Positions 53,068 to 64,000 of a DNA stretch of 64,000 bases are shown one piece after another. Numbering within the stretch: position 1 is the first letter of the stretch; each line of letters opens with the position of its first letter. A program made the position numbers and the translations under genes. A model generated the notes under the pieces. It was not told the origin of the DNA and made no database searches. It worked only from the letters and a program-made list of their open reading frames with translations. The stretch is from Octopus sinensis (lineage: Eukaryota): contig NC_043002.1 in the NCBI RefSeq assembly GCF_006345805.1, positions 53,816,001 through 53,880,000 of the forward strand. Direction: 5' to 3'.

Positions 53068-53215
53068 GACGGGCTTCTTTCAGTTTCCGTCTACCAAACC
53101 CACTCACAAGGCTTTGGTCGGCCCGAGACTATAGTAGAAGGTGCCATGCAGTGGGACTGAACCCGGAACCATTTGGTTGGTAACCAAGGTACTTACCACA
53201 CAGCCACTCCTGCGC
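53066..53215 (-). mobile_element. SINE family B 5' half
   Basis: Reverse complement GCGCAGGAGTGGCTGTGTGGTAAGTACC...GGTTCAGTCCCACTGC. Confidence 0.88.
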
Positions 53216-53303
53216 ATATATATATATAAATATAAATTAGAGATAAAACCTCTATTATGCAACTCAAACAGTGATAGACATAAATCAATACATAAATAAC
53301 CAA

Positions 53304-53429
<126 letters not shown>

Positions 53430-53650
53430 CTGCTTTCTCGTTTACTGAAGTGAGTAATTGTTAATGCAAGGTGAGGCCCTTGTATGACTCTTGAGCCTGG
53501 CCAAAGATTTTAACATTTTATTGCGTAATGCACAGCTGTGCATGTTGGCAGAAGAAGCAGGTGCCATTGTAAGAGCTTTTTTGACATGCCTTTCCAATCC
53601 TGTCAACTGAGAGGCACACCTTTCCACATGTTATGTTGTGAACGATACCA

Positions 53651-53686
<36 letters not shown>

Positions 53687-55896
53687 CGTGCGTGCGTGTG
53701 CGTGTGTGTGTGCATAGGTTTTGTTTTATCATGTTAATTCAATCCATTATCAGAACAGTTTCGCCAAGGATCGTATTCTATTTCATCGCAACAGCGATTA
53801 AATGGATAGTGAAATATTGAAATAAAATAACATTACAAATATTTCTCAAAGGTTTTCCAAAGTGTTTTGTTTTCTAAATTAGCTGAGCAAAAATTATGAA
53901 GATGCATTCAGCTGTGGATAATTGATTTGTCCGCAAAGCAATTATCTGCAGCTCAATGAATCTCCAATTCTTCAAACTAGAAAGCCTAGATTCAGCTCTT
54001 CTTACTCCAGCCTCTTTCTCTCATTTATCTATTTACGAGTATGGGCATGTCAACGAATATGCAATCATTGCATAATTAATGTGAGTGACTCTTTACTTCA
54101 GATTTTTATATTTTGAGTAATCTATATGTCAAACTTCGATAGCGCAAAACCGGAACATCACTCTCTCTCCCTCTCTTTATCCTCCCTCTCTATCTATCTC
54201 TATATCTCTCCCGTTCTTCTTTCTCTCCGTCTTCCTGCACTCTTCTCCGTCTTCAGTTTTCTCATTTTATCAACTTAACCCCATCACTGTATTACTTGCC
54301 TGCATAAATTTCAACAAAATATATTAACCACTACTTTAGAAAACCGCTGATCACAAATACTCGGCTATTTCAATGTATTTATTTTACGCGTGCATGGAAT
54401 ATATGAAAGCCAGTGTCTCCCTCGTAAGAGAGGTAGCATATTATGTATTGAACCCACAACTATGTGCTTTTCATTGTTTCTCATGCAAAATTATAAATAT
54501 CGATATCATATCATATCACGTATACCTAATGTACTCAAGTAATATCTTCAACAGTATCAGGAGACTTATATCTCTTACACACATAAGAAAAAAAAAAAAA
54601 AAATAAAAACAGTGTATGTTACTCGACACACCGAATCAGTTAGAATGAGAAATATAAATCAAACGTGATAGCAAATAACAGTGAGATTCGAAACCTAGTG
54701 TAAAACAAGAAACAAATTAGTTTTGCTTCATTTGTGATATCTGAAACGTCATGATAATATTTCGACGATACATTAGATATTTCGTATTTCATATGAAAAC
54801 CAATTCTGTATTTACTGAAGTAGATACACAATTAGCATATGTTTCTTATAATTGTCTACATTTTAGTATGCATTTTAGGTAATGGATTGGTTCATATTTC
54901 TAACATATTCAAATATTATGCTCTGCGAATCGGATTCCAATGATTTTAATATAGTTATATAATTTGTGTTATACAGCAACATCTGATTGAACGTATCAGT
55001 CAAATTTTGCGATATATCTAAATGTGTGGGTGTATGTGTATGAATAAATGTATGTGCGTAGGTGTATATACATATGTGTGTGCGTGCGTGTGTGTGTGTA
55101 TTCTTAACTACAACCGGAATGTAATCTATAAGTGGAATCTCTGAAGGAGTTCCTATAAACAAAAAAATTTAAGGATTATATTATGATGTAATGTTTTATA
55201 CACTAACTAAAAAGAAATAGTATATCTCATGGTATATTTGACCACGACACAACTTTTACTATAGTAAAATGGCTTTTGGGGGTGGGGGATCTTTGCAGTG
55301 CCCACCGTTGAGATTCAAACGAAGATTATACAAATTTATCTAAATGAGAAAACCCAGGAATAGCTATTTTCATGTTTATAACCTGAAATTTCTTCGTATT
55401 CTCTTAGTCTACAAAACATTGTCTTTTTATATTGTAAAAGCGCTCAATATATATGAAATATAAGATACTTTAACGAAGCGATTCAGTTATCTTGAAGACA
55501 AAATTATATCAAACCTTCCGACTACTTGCAATCATTCTTTGCAGTACTTTCCTAAACAAAAATGGATCGTGTTTAGATTCTGTGAGGTTTCTACTTGCCG
55601 GCGACACACATGGCATGATATTTTACGGAAGAGTATTAATAAATTTATATTAGGTGAATTTCAGTTCTTTTTTTATTTGTACCTCCATGACGATGTGCCT
55701 CTGAATGTTGTATTGAATACAGCTTGTTTACCAGCACGTATCTCGGTAAAATATGTACAAAACATGAATAACATTTCTTCAAATAGTCTATTTGTATTGT
55801 CCTATGTGTATGCGATACACACACACCACACACACACACACATAAATTATGAAGGTGGCTATTCGCAATTTAGAACCGATAGGCAGTAAGTGCAAT

Positions 55897-56447
55897 TGTC
55901 ACTAAAGTGACAGAGGACGCTAGTAAGCTCCAGCATTGCTAGAAATAAGAGTAAAAAACAACTCTTATCCACGTGAGAACATTTTTCTAACGGCTGATAC
56001 GGGAGACAAGCGAGATGGAGTTATGTCAGTGACTCATCACCCCATAGCCGGGGATTAGAGAGCCTAAGTCACCTTGTCAGCCTTCTAGAGAACACCATTG
56101 GAAGTATCGACTAATTTAGAAAATGGTGAAGTGAGAATTATAAAATATTAAGGTGGATATTGGGAATTTAAAATCGATAGGCCACAAATACAGTTGTCAC
56201 TAAAGTGACAGAGGGTGCTAGTAAGCATCAGCATTCTGTATAACGCTGATAAGGTGACTTAGGTTATTTAACCATCGGCGACAAAGTAATTGGTCACGGA
56301 TGAAGAGTGATTATATCTGAAATCAGTGCTGAAATAACTCCATCTTGTCAGCCGTTAGAAAAGTGCTCTCACGTGGCTATGAGTTGTTTTGACTCCTATT
56401 TCTAGCAATGCTGATGCTTACTAGCACCCTCCACCAATTTAGTGACA
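55897..56447. mobile_element. MITE-like element with ~130-bp TIRs and a duplicated left end
   Basis: TGTCACTAAA...GCTAGTAAGC..CAGCATTGCTAGAAATA at the left is mirrored by TATTTCTAGCAATGCTGATGCTTACTAGC...TTTAGTGACA at the right; extra left end at 56195-56235. Confidence 0.88.
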
Positions 56448-56449
56448 CC

Positions 56450-56537
<88 letters not shown>

Positions 56538-56578
56538 AACAACTGCAGCGTGGAAGCCATGTAAGAAAGATACAAAAG

Positions 56579-56777
56579 CGTTAGATTCACTTCAACATTT
56601 AAATTTAATTTGTCAAAATATTTTCGTCGCTTTGACACCGCGACCTCTTCACTGACACAACTTCGTGCTGCATCTGCACGAAGATGTAGCACGAAGTTTT
56701 GTCAGTGAACAGGACGCGGTCTCAAAGCGACGAAATATTTTGACAAATTAAATTTAAATGTTGAAGTGAATCTAACG
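56579..56777. repeat. 199-bp near-perfect inverted repeat containing two hammerhead-like modules
   Basis: Arms of about 90 bp are reverse complements; each has GTCGC/GCGAC stem and GAAA. Confidence 0.9.
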
Positions 56778-56799
56778 GTTTTGTGAGTTTCTTAAATGG

Positions 56800-58745
56800 C
56801 TTATAAACACCTTCTACACTGCAATTGTTTTCGAGAAAATAACCAGAGAATAAAAGAAAAACTTGTGGATATAGCGATCAAGCATGACGACTGGTTGAGA
56901 AAAACAAAGTTTGACAGGAGAAGTAGAAAGAAGTGGGCTTGTGACTTTGACATGCGGATATGTGCGTGTGTAAGTGTGTGCGTCTGTAATGTGTGGCTGT
57001 GTGGATCATGGTGTGTGAGTGTGTAGATGATGGTATGCGGGTGTGCAGATGTTGGTGTTTGGTGCGGTTGTTAGGATGTGGTCAGTGCTAGTATGTGTGA
57101 AGTGGTGTGAGGAGGTGTGATGTGATGTAGACGCTAAGATTCTTATATATTGCTGACTGGAGAATTCGACTGCTGTGTCTAGGCAGATCTCTGCCATTGA
57201 GAAGCTCAAGGAAGGACGAAATCACGTGATCTTCCAGATCTGGAGGTCGCAATAGCCGATTGTGCCCCGTAAACAATATAAACGTAATTACATGTACAAG
57301 TAAATAACGGCAAATAATATAGTATTCTGTTTTCTAACAAAATTCTGTGCTAAGAGATAAATGTTACCATTTAGCTTTAATTCAGTGTGGTGGTGTGTGG
57401 TGTGGTTTGTGGCATGGGGATGTGGGGGATGTGTGTGTGTGGTGGACGTGTAGGGGTATGGGTGGAGCAATGAACGGAGAAGGTGGCTAGGAATGAAGAG
57501 AGGAAATAGGTGACAGATGAAGAGAGGGGGGAGTTGAGCCCATGTAACTCAAAGGAGCGAAGAGAGAAGATTAAACTCCTGCTCACTGCGAAGGCGGAAG
57601 ACTGGATGGCCCCTGTGCAAAGACAATCCGAACACAGACAAGTGTTGTATTGAATAATCGGTAGAGCGGAAATGGCGCAAAACCGGGGTGTCATTGCTGC
57701 ATCTGATGTCTCAGAGGTGCTCCGTCAACTGGTTAGCCAAGCGGCGTCCTGTTTGACTGATGTACAGAGAAAGAGAGAAAGAGCAGGAGATGCAGTAAAT
57801 GACGTTGCGAGAAGGACAGGTAAAAGAGTCAGTGATATGATAGGGACGATGATGGGTGCCTGTGAGGATGGTGTTGTTGGGGAGGCAGGGCAAGTGTGGG
57901 AGCGTAGGCGGGAGCAGGGGAACAAACCAGGTTGGGAGATGGGGTTAGGGAAAATACTGTGGAGCAGGAAGTTACGTAGGTTGTGGACTTGTTTGAAAGT
58001 GGACAGGTGTAGGCTGGGGAAGATGTGCGAGGTGGAGGGATCGGAATGGAGTCGCCGGAAGGCTCGGAAATGGAGCGACAGAGTGGAGACGGGCAACGGC
58101 GTGGTGGGTAAAGGGAGAGGGAGCAGAGGCATGGTCAACGGAACGTGATCTGTCAAGGGCTGTGCGGATAGTGGTGAGGGGATATCCACGAAGGCTGAAG
58201 TGGGAAGCTTTGAAGTGAGACTGAGTCTCAAAGTCATGGTTGTCACTGCAGGGCCTGCACAGACAGAAGAATTGGGAGTAAAGAATGGAGAGCTTGGTGT
58301 GGGTAAGGTGAGAGGAGAAGTCAAGTTGTGAATGTGAGTCGATATATTTGTAATGGATGGAAGTAGTGAAGGCTGAATGGTGTCATGTTTACAGAAATGT
58401 CAAGAAATTCGACGGAAGTGTTGGAAATAGTGCAGAAGAATTCGATGGCAGAATGGAAGGATTGGACGAAAGAGTGGAGTGAGTCTAGTTATTCGCAGAA
58501 GAGTGAGGTCATACCGAAAGTCATCAATATAACGATCAATTCTGTGAGGCAGTTACAGTCTGTTGGTAGTTAAAGTGGGGTTGGAGGGCAGAGAGCAATA
58601 GAAGGAGGTGTCTTGATGTAGTTGGAGAGCTTCTGCTTTATAGAGGTGTGCGCGCTACAGCACCACCGCTCCACCCTCGTCAGCCGGTTTTATGATGATT
58701 TATTTGCGGCGTCGGAAACATCGACGGGCCGAGATCTTGGCCAGG
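56800..58745 (-). mobile_element. Penelope-like element: deleted RT, Cys linker, GIY-YIG endonuclease, terminal region
   Basis: IIIKPADEGGAVV, LYKAEALQL, RYIDD, VEFLDISV, DSHSQLDFSSH, PGLFPCSRLRSHTCP and FTCPSRNVIYCISC..LYISQTGRRLANQLTEHL. Confidence 0.93.
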
Positions 58746-58756
58746 AAAATGTTGTG

Positions 58757-58877
58757 TATACACACACACACACACACACATACACACACACATACATACA
58801 TACATACATACATACATACATACATACATACATCATACATACATACATACATACATACATAAGTATGTATATATATG

Positions 58878-58952
<75 letters not shown>
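58757..58952. repeat. (CA)-(CATA)-(TA) compound microsatellite
   Basis: Directly visible. Confidence 0.96.
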
Positions 58953-58953
<1 letters not shown>

Positions 58954-58989
58954 TTTCTAGATGCGACTCTTAACTTGGGAAGCGGCATG

Positions 58990-60045
58990 AATGAACCATA
59001 CCACATAACTAATGAGTGTTTAAGATACATAAATGTCAATTCAAATCATTCACCATCCACAGCCAACGGAATATTCAAGAACATAGCCACCAACCTTAAA
59101 GAATAGAAACAATTGGAATACAAACGTTCATGATCGCAACAAGATACGTTGAAGGAACCAAACACCTAACAAAAGGTACAAAAATTTAGAGGTCCTATGA
59201 TATAATCCGATTTTCGGTCTCCAAATATCGTCCAAGATAAGTAAGCAATTCATTGCAGCATTAAATAGATGCTGCCCTAAAACTCATAAATACTACCGTT
59301 TATTCAACAAGCACACAAGGAGTACTACTTACATAAATACAACAAGAATTTAAACATACAAACAACGTCTGCTGGCAGAGAACAAACGAATCAAAACATC
59401 ACAGGGTTTAAAGCCAATAACAAAAATAAGCAACAGACTGCAAAAACTCAGATGACGTAAAAGATGGTGGCAACAAAATTGAAATGAATCATCAAAAAAG
59501 GTCCAGCAAAATAGATGGCCGATTCCACAATGCTCCATACACTAACAATCAAGCAGAACATCGCGAAATCAGAATCAAAATGCCACCAGATAAACATAAA
59601 AATAATAATACAAATAACTGCACATGTCGTAGAAAATCTGCGTGTCTGCTCATGAACCAATGTGTCCATAAAAACATAGTATACAAATGCACAATCTCTA
59701 CGACCCAATATAAATACGTGTATATAGGTGCCCCGCAAAACCAATTCAAAGTCCATTATCGCAACCACATCTCGTCATTCCGAAAAATAAACAGACGACA
59801 CGCAACTTCACTGGCAGACCTGGGGGCTGACACAACCAAAAATTAAATACGAAATAAAATGGTCAACAATAAGAAAAAAATGTACAACCATGTAATTCGC
59901 TATCCGACAAATGTGACCTTTGCCTTGAGGAAACATTGAGTTTACTACTGATTAATGAGAACCTGGTAAACAAGCATGATGGAAACATTCTAGGGTTTAA
60001 CCACCGCGCCAAATATGTATTTTCAAGATGGAGCAGTGTATAAAA
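58990..60045 (+). mobile_element. Second-lineage Penelope-like element, RT C-terminus and GIY-YIG domain
   Basis: YNPIFGLQISSKISKQF...CPKTHKYYRLFNKHT, then NCTCRRKSACLLMNQCVHKNIVYKCTIS...YIGAPQNQFKVHYRNHISSFR...ATSLA. Confidence 0.9.
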
Positions 60046-60875
60046 ATTAAAATAATTATTATTCTATTTCACCACACCCATCCTTTCCATCTCAGGATTA
60101 TATATTTGATAGAGTGTTTCTATATATGATGGAGTGCCCAGCGGTATACCTATATGCATGAATATGGATAGATATATGTATGTACGTCTATGTATAGGTG
60201 TGAATGTGTTTGTTGATCGATATATGTGTGGGGGTTGGTGCATATATGTATATACATATATATATGTATAAATATGTGTGGTGTATGTGTGTGTATGTGT
60301 GTGTGTGTATGTACGTATGAGGACGCCCAGCGATGTAACTGTGTGTATATGTGTCTGGCTGTATATGTATGAGCGTATGTGTAAGTGTACTTGCGAAATA
60401 GTAAAATTTACCATGAGCTACATAACCTGCGAAGCAAAGTGGACAGCCAATGTATACAATGCTGCTTAATTCGAACGTATAGAGGCACGTTGACAGCGAG
60501 CTGAATGGAACTGCCATCGTCTACTAGATTCAAAGGAGCCTGTTGGATGTGCTGGCATCAACGTCAAAGATTAATTTACGGGGAAAGCGATTAAATGTAA
60601 CCTGAGGAAATACAACTGGATCCCATTATACAGCTAAACCGTTGCTTAATTTAAATCCTGTGTATATTTCGATCTATGTTGTACCGAACCATGTGTAGTG
60701 TTTATTAAATAGCTGTCTAAACGTACTCCTTCCAGTTAACTCTATTCAATTTTTATTTTTCACACACGATAAATGCCTAAGCCTAGTCTTCCAATGCTTT
60801 CCGATTCTCTGGTAATTCTAAGGGTGAAAGAGGTCTATGTTGTGCGCTAATAGTTCCTAATGGAATACGCTTTAA

Positions 60876-60950
<75 letters not shown>

Positions 60951-61167
60951 CATATGTATGTATGTATTATGTTTATTTATAGGTGTGCGTATGTATGTAG
61001 ATTACAAAGGAGTATCATCGACGATGATCCTTCAAATCAACTGAATGCTGCAGTGCTTTGACGAAAAAACATAATTTGAATTTAATCAACGATTCACTTT
61101 ATTTCCATGAGGAACACAAACATACATTTATGCACATATATCTATACTCGCACGTGTGTTAGTTTAT

Positions 61168-61199
<32 letters not shown>

Positions 61200-61203
<4 letters not shown>

Positions 61204-61407
61204 CTCTTTTACTCTTTTACTTGTTTCAGTCATTTGACTGCGGCCATGCTGGAGCACCGCCTTTAATCGAGCAACTCGACCCCGGGACTTATTCTTTGTA
61301 AGCCCAGTACTTATTCTATCGGTCTCTTTTTGCCGAACCGCTAAGTGACGGGGACATAAACACACCAGCATCGGTTGTCAAGCAATGCTAGGGGAACAAA
61401 CACAGAC

Positions 61408-61410
<3 letters not shown>
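61200..61410 (-). mobile_element. SINE family B 3' half
   Basis: CTCTTTTACTTGTTTCAGTCATTTGACTGCGGCCATGCTGGAGCACCGCCTTTA... Confidence 0.92.
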
Positions 61411-61487
<77 letters not shown>

Positions 61488-62319
61488 GATATACATAGAT
61501 AGAAATCTGTTTCTGGGCGTAAGTATATACGTACACACATATATGCGTGTGTGTATATATATATATATTTGCGTATGTTAACTGAGTCTGATTGTGTACA
61601 TATACATATAAAACATGAACGTAGTAGAGAGAAGTATGTGAACGAGAAAATGCGCCATCTTAAACTAGTGATCAACTATAATGATTTAGACTACTTTACT
61701 ATATTATTTTGTTTCTTGTTCTTCATTATTTTTACTTTTTTGTTTCTTCTTCAGAAGTTTTATGTATTTTATTTCTCGTATAAAGACGAAACCTCGTTTA
61801 TCTCCAAGTTAGAATATACAGGAAATATTTGCCTCACATTTATATTCACTTCTGTTTTAGACATGAACGAGAATATTTTTTTCGTCTTTCTCATTACAAT
61901 ATATTTTTAAAAATACAGCATATATAAATAGACTTTTTGTATAATTGAACATCACACATATTCTGGGTTTCTTTTTGTTATCAAAGATTTTCTGTATCTT
62001 TTCTTTCATACTTTTATTTTGTTTTACTTTGGAGCTATCCTTTTTATTTTTGTTCTGTCTTTTTGTTGATAGTTAGCAAAATATTCTCAGTGATGTGATT
62101 AAATGGAAAAGGTATTGTGATTGTATTTTAGGTGTTTCCTTTGACGTTGAAAAGAAAGAAGGGAAAAATTGCATTTATAAACTAGAACATATTTTTTATG
62201 TTATTTTTTCTCTTTTGAGCATCGCCAGGAAGAAATTAACGATGATAAATATAATTTTGTATGGGAACATTCGAGCAGAAGAAAGCACATATATAAGGGA
62301 GAAAATGAACAAAGACTGA

Positions 62320-62362
62320 GACAGAGAGAGAGAAAAAGAGAATGAAAGAAAGTAAGGAACAC

Positions 62363-62440
<78 letters not shown>

Positions 62441-62600
62441 AGAGAGAGAGAGAGAAAGAAAGAGAGAGAGAAGAGGGACATAGACAGACAAACAGACAGA
62501 CAGACAGAGACAGACAGGCAGAAACACACAGAGACAGACAGATAGAAACAAACAAACAAACAAAAAGAACCAAAAGAGTGAATGAAAGAAAAATAAATAG
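62320..62600. repeat. Purine-rich (GA)/(GATA)/(GACA) compound microsatellite
   Basis: Directly visible. Confidence 0.94.
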
Positions 62601-63917
62601 GAAAGAAAACCGAAAAATAGAATGAATAAACCGAGGATACACGGAAATGTACAGTTATAATAAAAAAAAAAGGGGGAAAAGAAGGAATGAATGAATAAAT
62701 GGTAAATTAACAATTATTAAAACTAAATTATTCTTTGAAATATTCTATTTCTGTGTATGTAAATCTATGGATTCTATATTTCGTTATAGATCGTTATTTG
62801 AATTTAGGAGATGTATTTATTCTCAATATTTATTCTCAATGCGTGTATGGCCAGGATTTCAGCAGTTCATTTCCCGTAAAGCCGTGAACAGGAGATATAG
62901 GAGACAACAACCTATTTATTCTATTAATTTTGAAGGTATACAAGGTATCTTCCACTACCTTGACGGAGCTCGAAACGGAGGACTTAAAGAGACTCAACTA
63001 AATATAGTCTTGACATTTCTCGTGGCTATAGACTTTGCAGAAGGATATCAAAGATTAAATCAAACGCACTACTTGACTGGGAATTCATTTTATCGATCTC
63101 AAGGAGTTCGAAGAAAGAGTCGATCTCAGGGGGATTCAAATTTACAATATAAAGCGATTTAACTAAATATTTGATTTTTTACTTAGAAGCAAAGTCAGAA
63201 ATTTGGTGTTTATTGAGAGGAACAGGCAATTCTGTATATCCACGTTATCGATAGTTAATCTATTTTATTAACCCCGGATGGGTGACATACTTGGCATCTA
63301 CTAGCTTTGAACTAAGAAAATAGCGAGAGTAACCAAAGATCACCAGGCATTTTGTATGATACTCTAGTGTTGTTCCAACCAACGCACTGATAGTTTTCAA
63401 TCAATCTATAACCCGCTTTCTACTTATTGATAGTTAACATACGCTTTGCTGATTTGTAGGACAGAAGTCATGTCTGCTTGCTTAATCGCAGAAATCGGTC
63501 AAAACGTTACAGACCTGTTTAAATCGATCCTACACATTTAACGCAACACATTTAACTGTGTCTGTGTAAATGAATGAGAATATTCTCGTACTATTAATAG
63601 CCATCTAGCATTTTTTTCCCCCTTAATTTATAGAAACATCCTGACAACAATCATTTAGAGAGTACATGACCCGAACAGAAAAATTGTAGAAGTGGTGTAT
63701 TGAATCGATCCCGGTATAATCATAAAATTAAGATTATCGATCCAGAAATGACGGAAAACAAAACAGTGCGTGTGTGTGTGAGTGTGTGAGTGTGTGAGTG
63801 TGGGAGAGTAAGTGTGCGCTCATGTGAGTGCTTGCTAGTGTGTACTTTCTGATTGTTAGTGAGAGCAATCTTTTTTAAATATATTATGAGAACTGGGTTA
63901 TAAAAGACGGAAGACAA

Positions 63918-64000
63918 ATGAAGCGGAAGCTACTTCCGTTAGAAATGAAGGGAACAACATGGAGTCTAAGTATTTCCGTTCTAGGGCTGCTAATGTACAG
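63918..64000 (+). CDS. Possible start of a coding exon, open to the window edge (MKRKLLPLEMKGTTWSLSISVLGLLMY...)
   Basis: First ATG after the in-frame TAA at 63876; second in-frame ATG at 63945; A at -3 for both; hydrophobic stretch resembling a signal peptide. Too short to identify. Confidence 0.3.
   Translation, partial: MKRKLLPLEMKGTTWSLSISVLGLLMY

Noticed and set aside
57672-58148. 158 aa plus-strand ORF, and antisense ORFs within 21000-24000
   Set aside because: Antisense shadows of PLE and Tx1 coding sequence.
62958-62985. CCTTGACGGAGCTCGAAACGGAGG as a hammerhead
   Set aside because: Too many core mismatches and no NUH site.
62767-63162. 131 aa ORF
   Set aside because: No recognisable domain, and its 3' part overlaps a minus-strand SINE A core (about 63070-63150).

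Overview
AT-rich, microsatellite-saturated eukaryotic genomic DNA. The SINE families, (TA)n/(CA)n/(GATA)n density and transposon mix suggest a cephalopod, most likely Octopus (inference from remembered repeat families, not from a search). No intact protein-coding gene, rRNA, true tRNA or CRISPR array can be supported; the window reads as a large intron or intergenic interval. Nearly all ORFs in the supplied track are microsatellite or transposon artefacts. Recognisable content: (1) a 3.5 kb 5'-truncated Tx1/L1-clade LINE (20579-24073, minus) with (GATA)n on both sides, plus an older fragment of the same family; (2) several Penelope-like element (PLE) remnants of two lineages, with terminal modules that fit a minimal hammerhead-ribozyme layout, including a 199-bp hairpin built from two inverted modules; (3) Tc1, mariner and MULE transposase relics, RTE and CR1-like LINE fragments; (4) two non-autonomous Helitron-like elements; (5) long-TIR MITE-like elements and a nested perfect palindrome; (6) four tRNA-derived SINE families, one forming recurrent multimers. 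A possible signal-peptide-bearing ORF starts at 63918 and runs off the right edge. The best leads are the putatively (GATA)n-specific Tx1 retrotransposon and the variant-core hammerhead-like modules.
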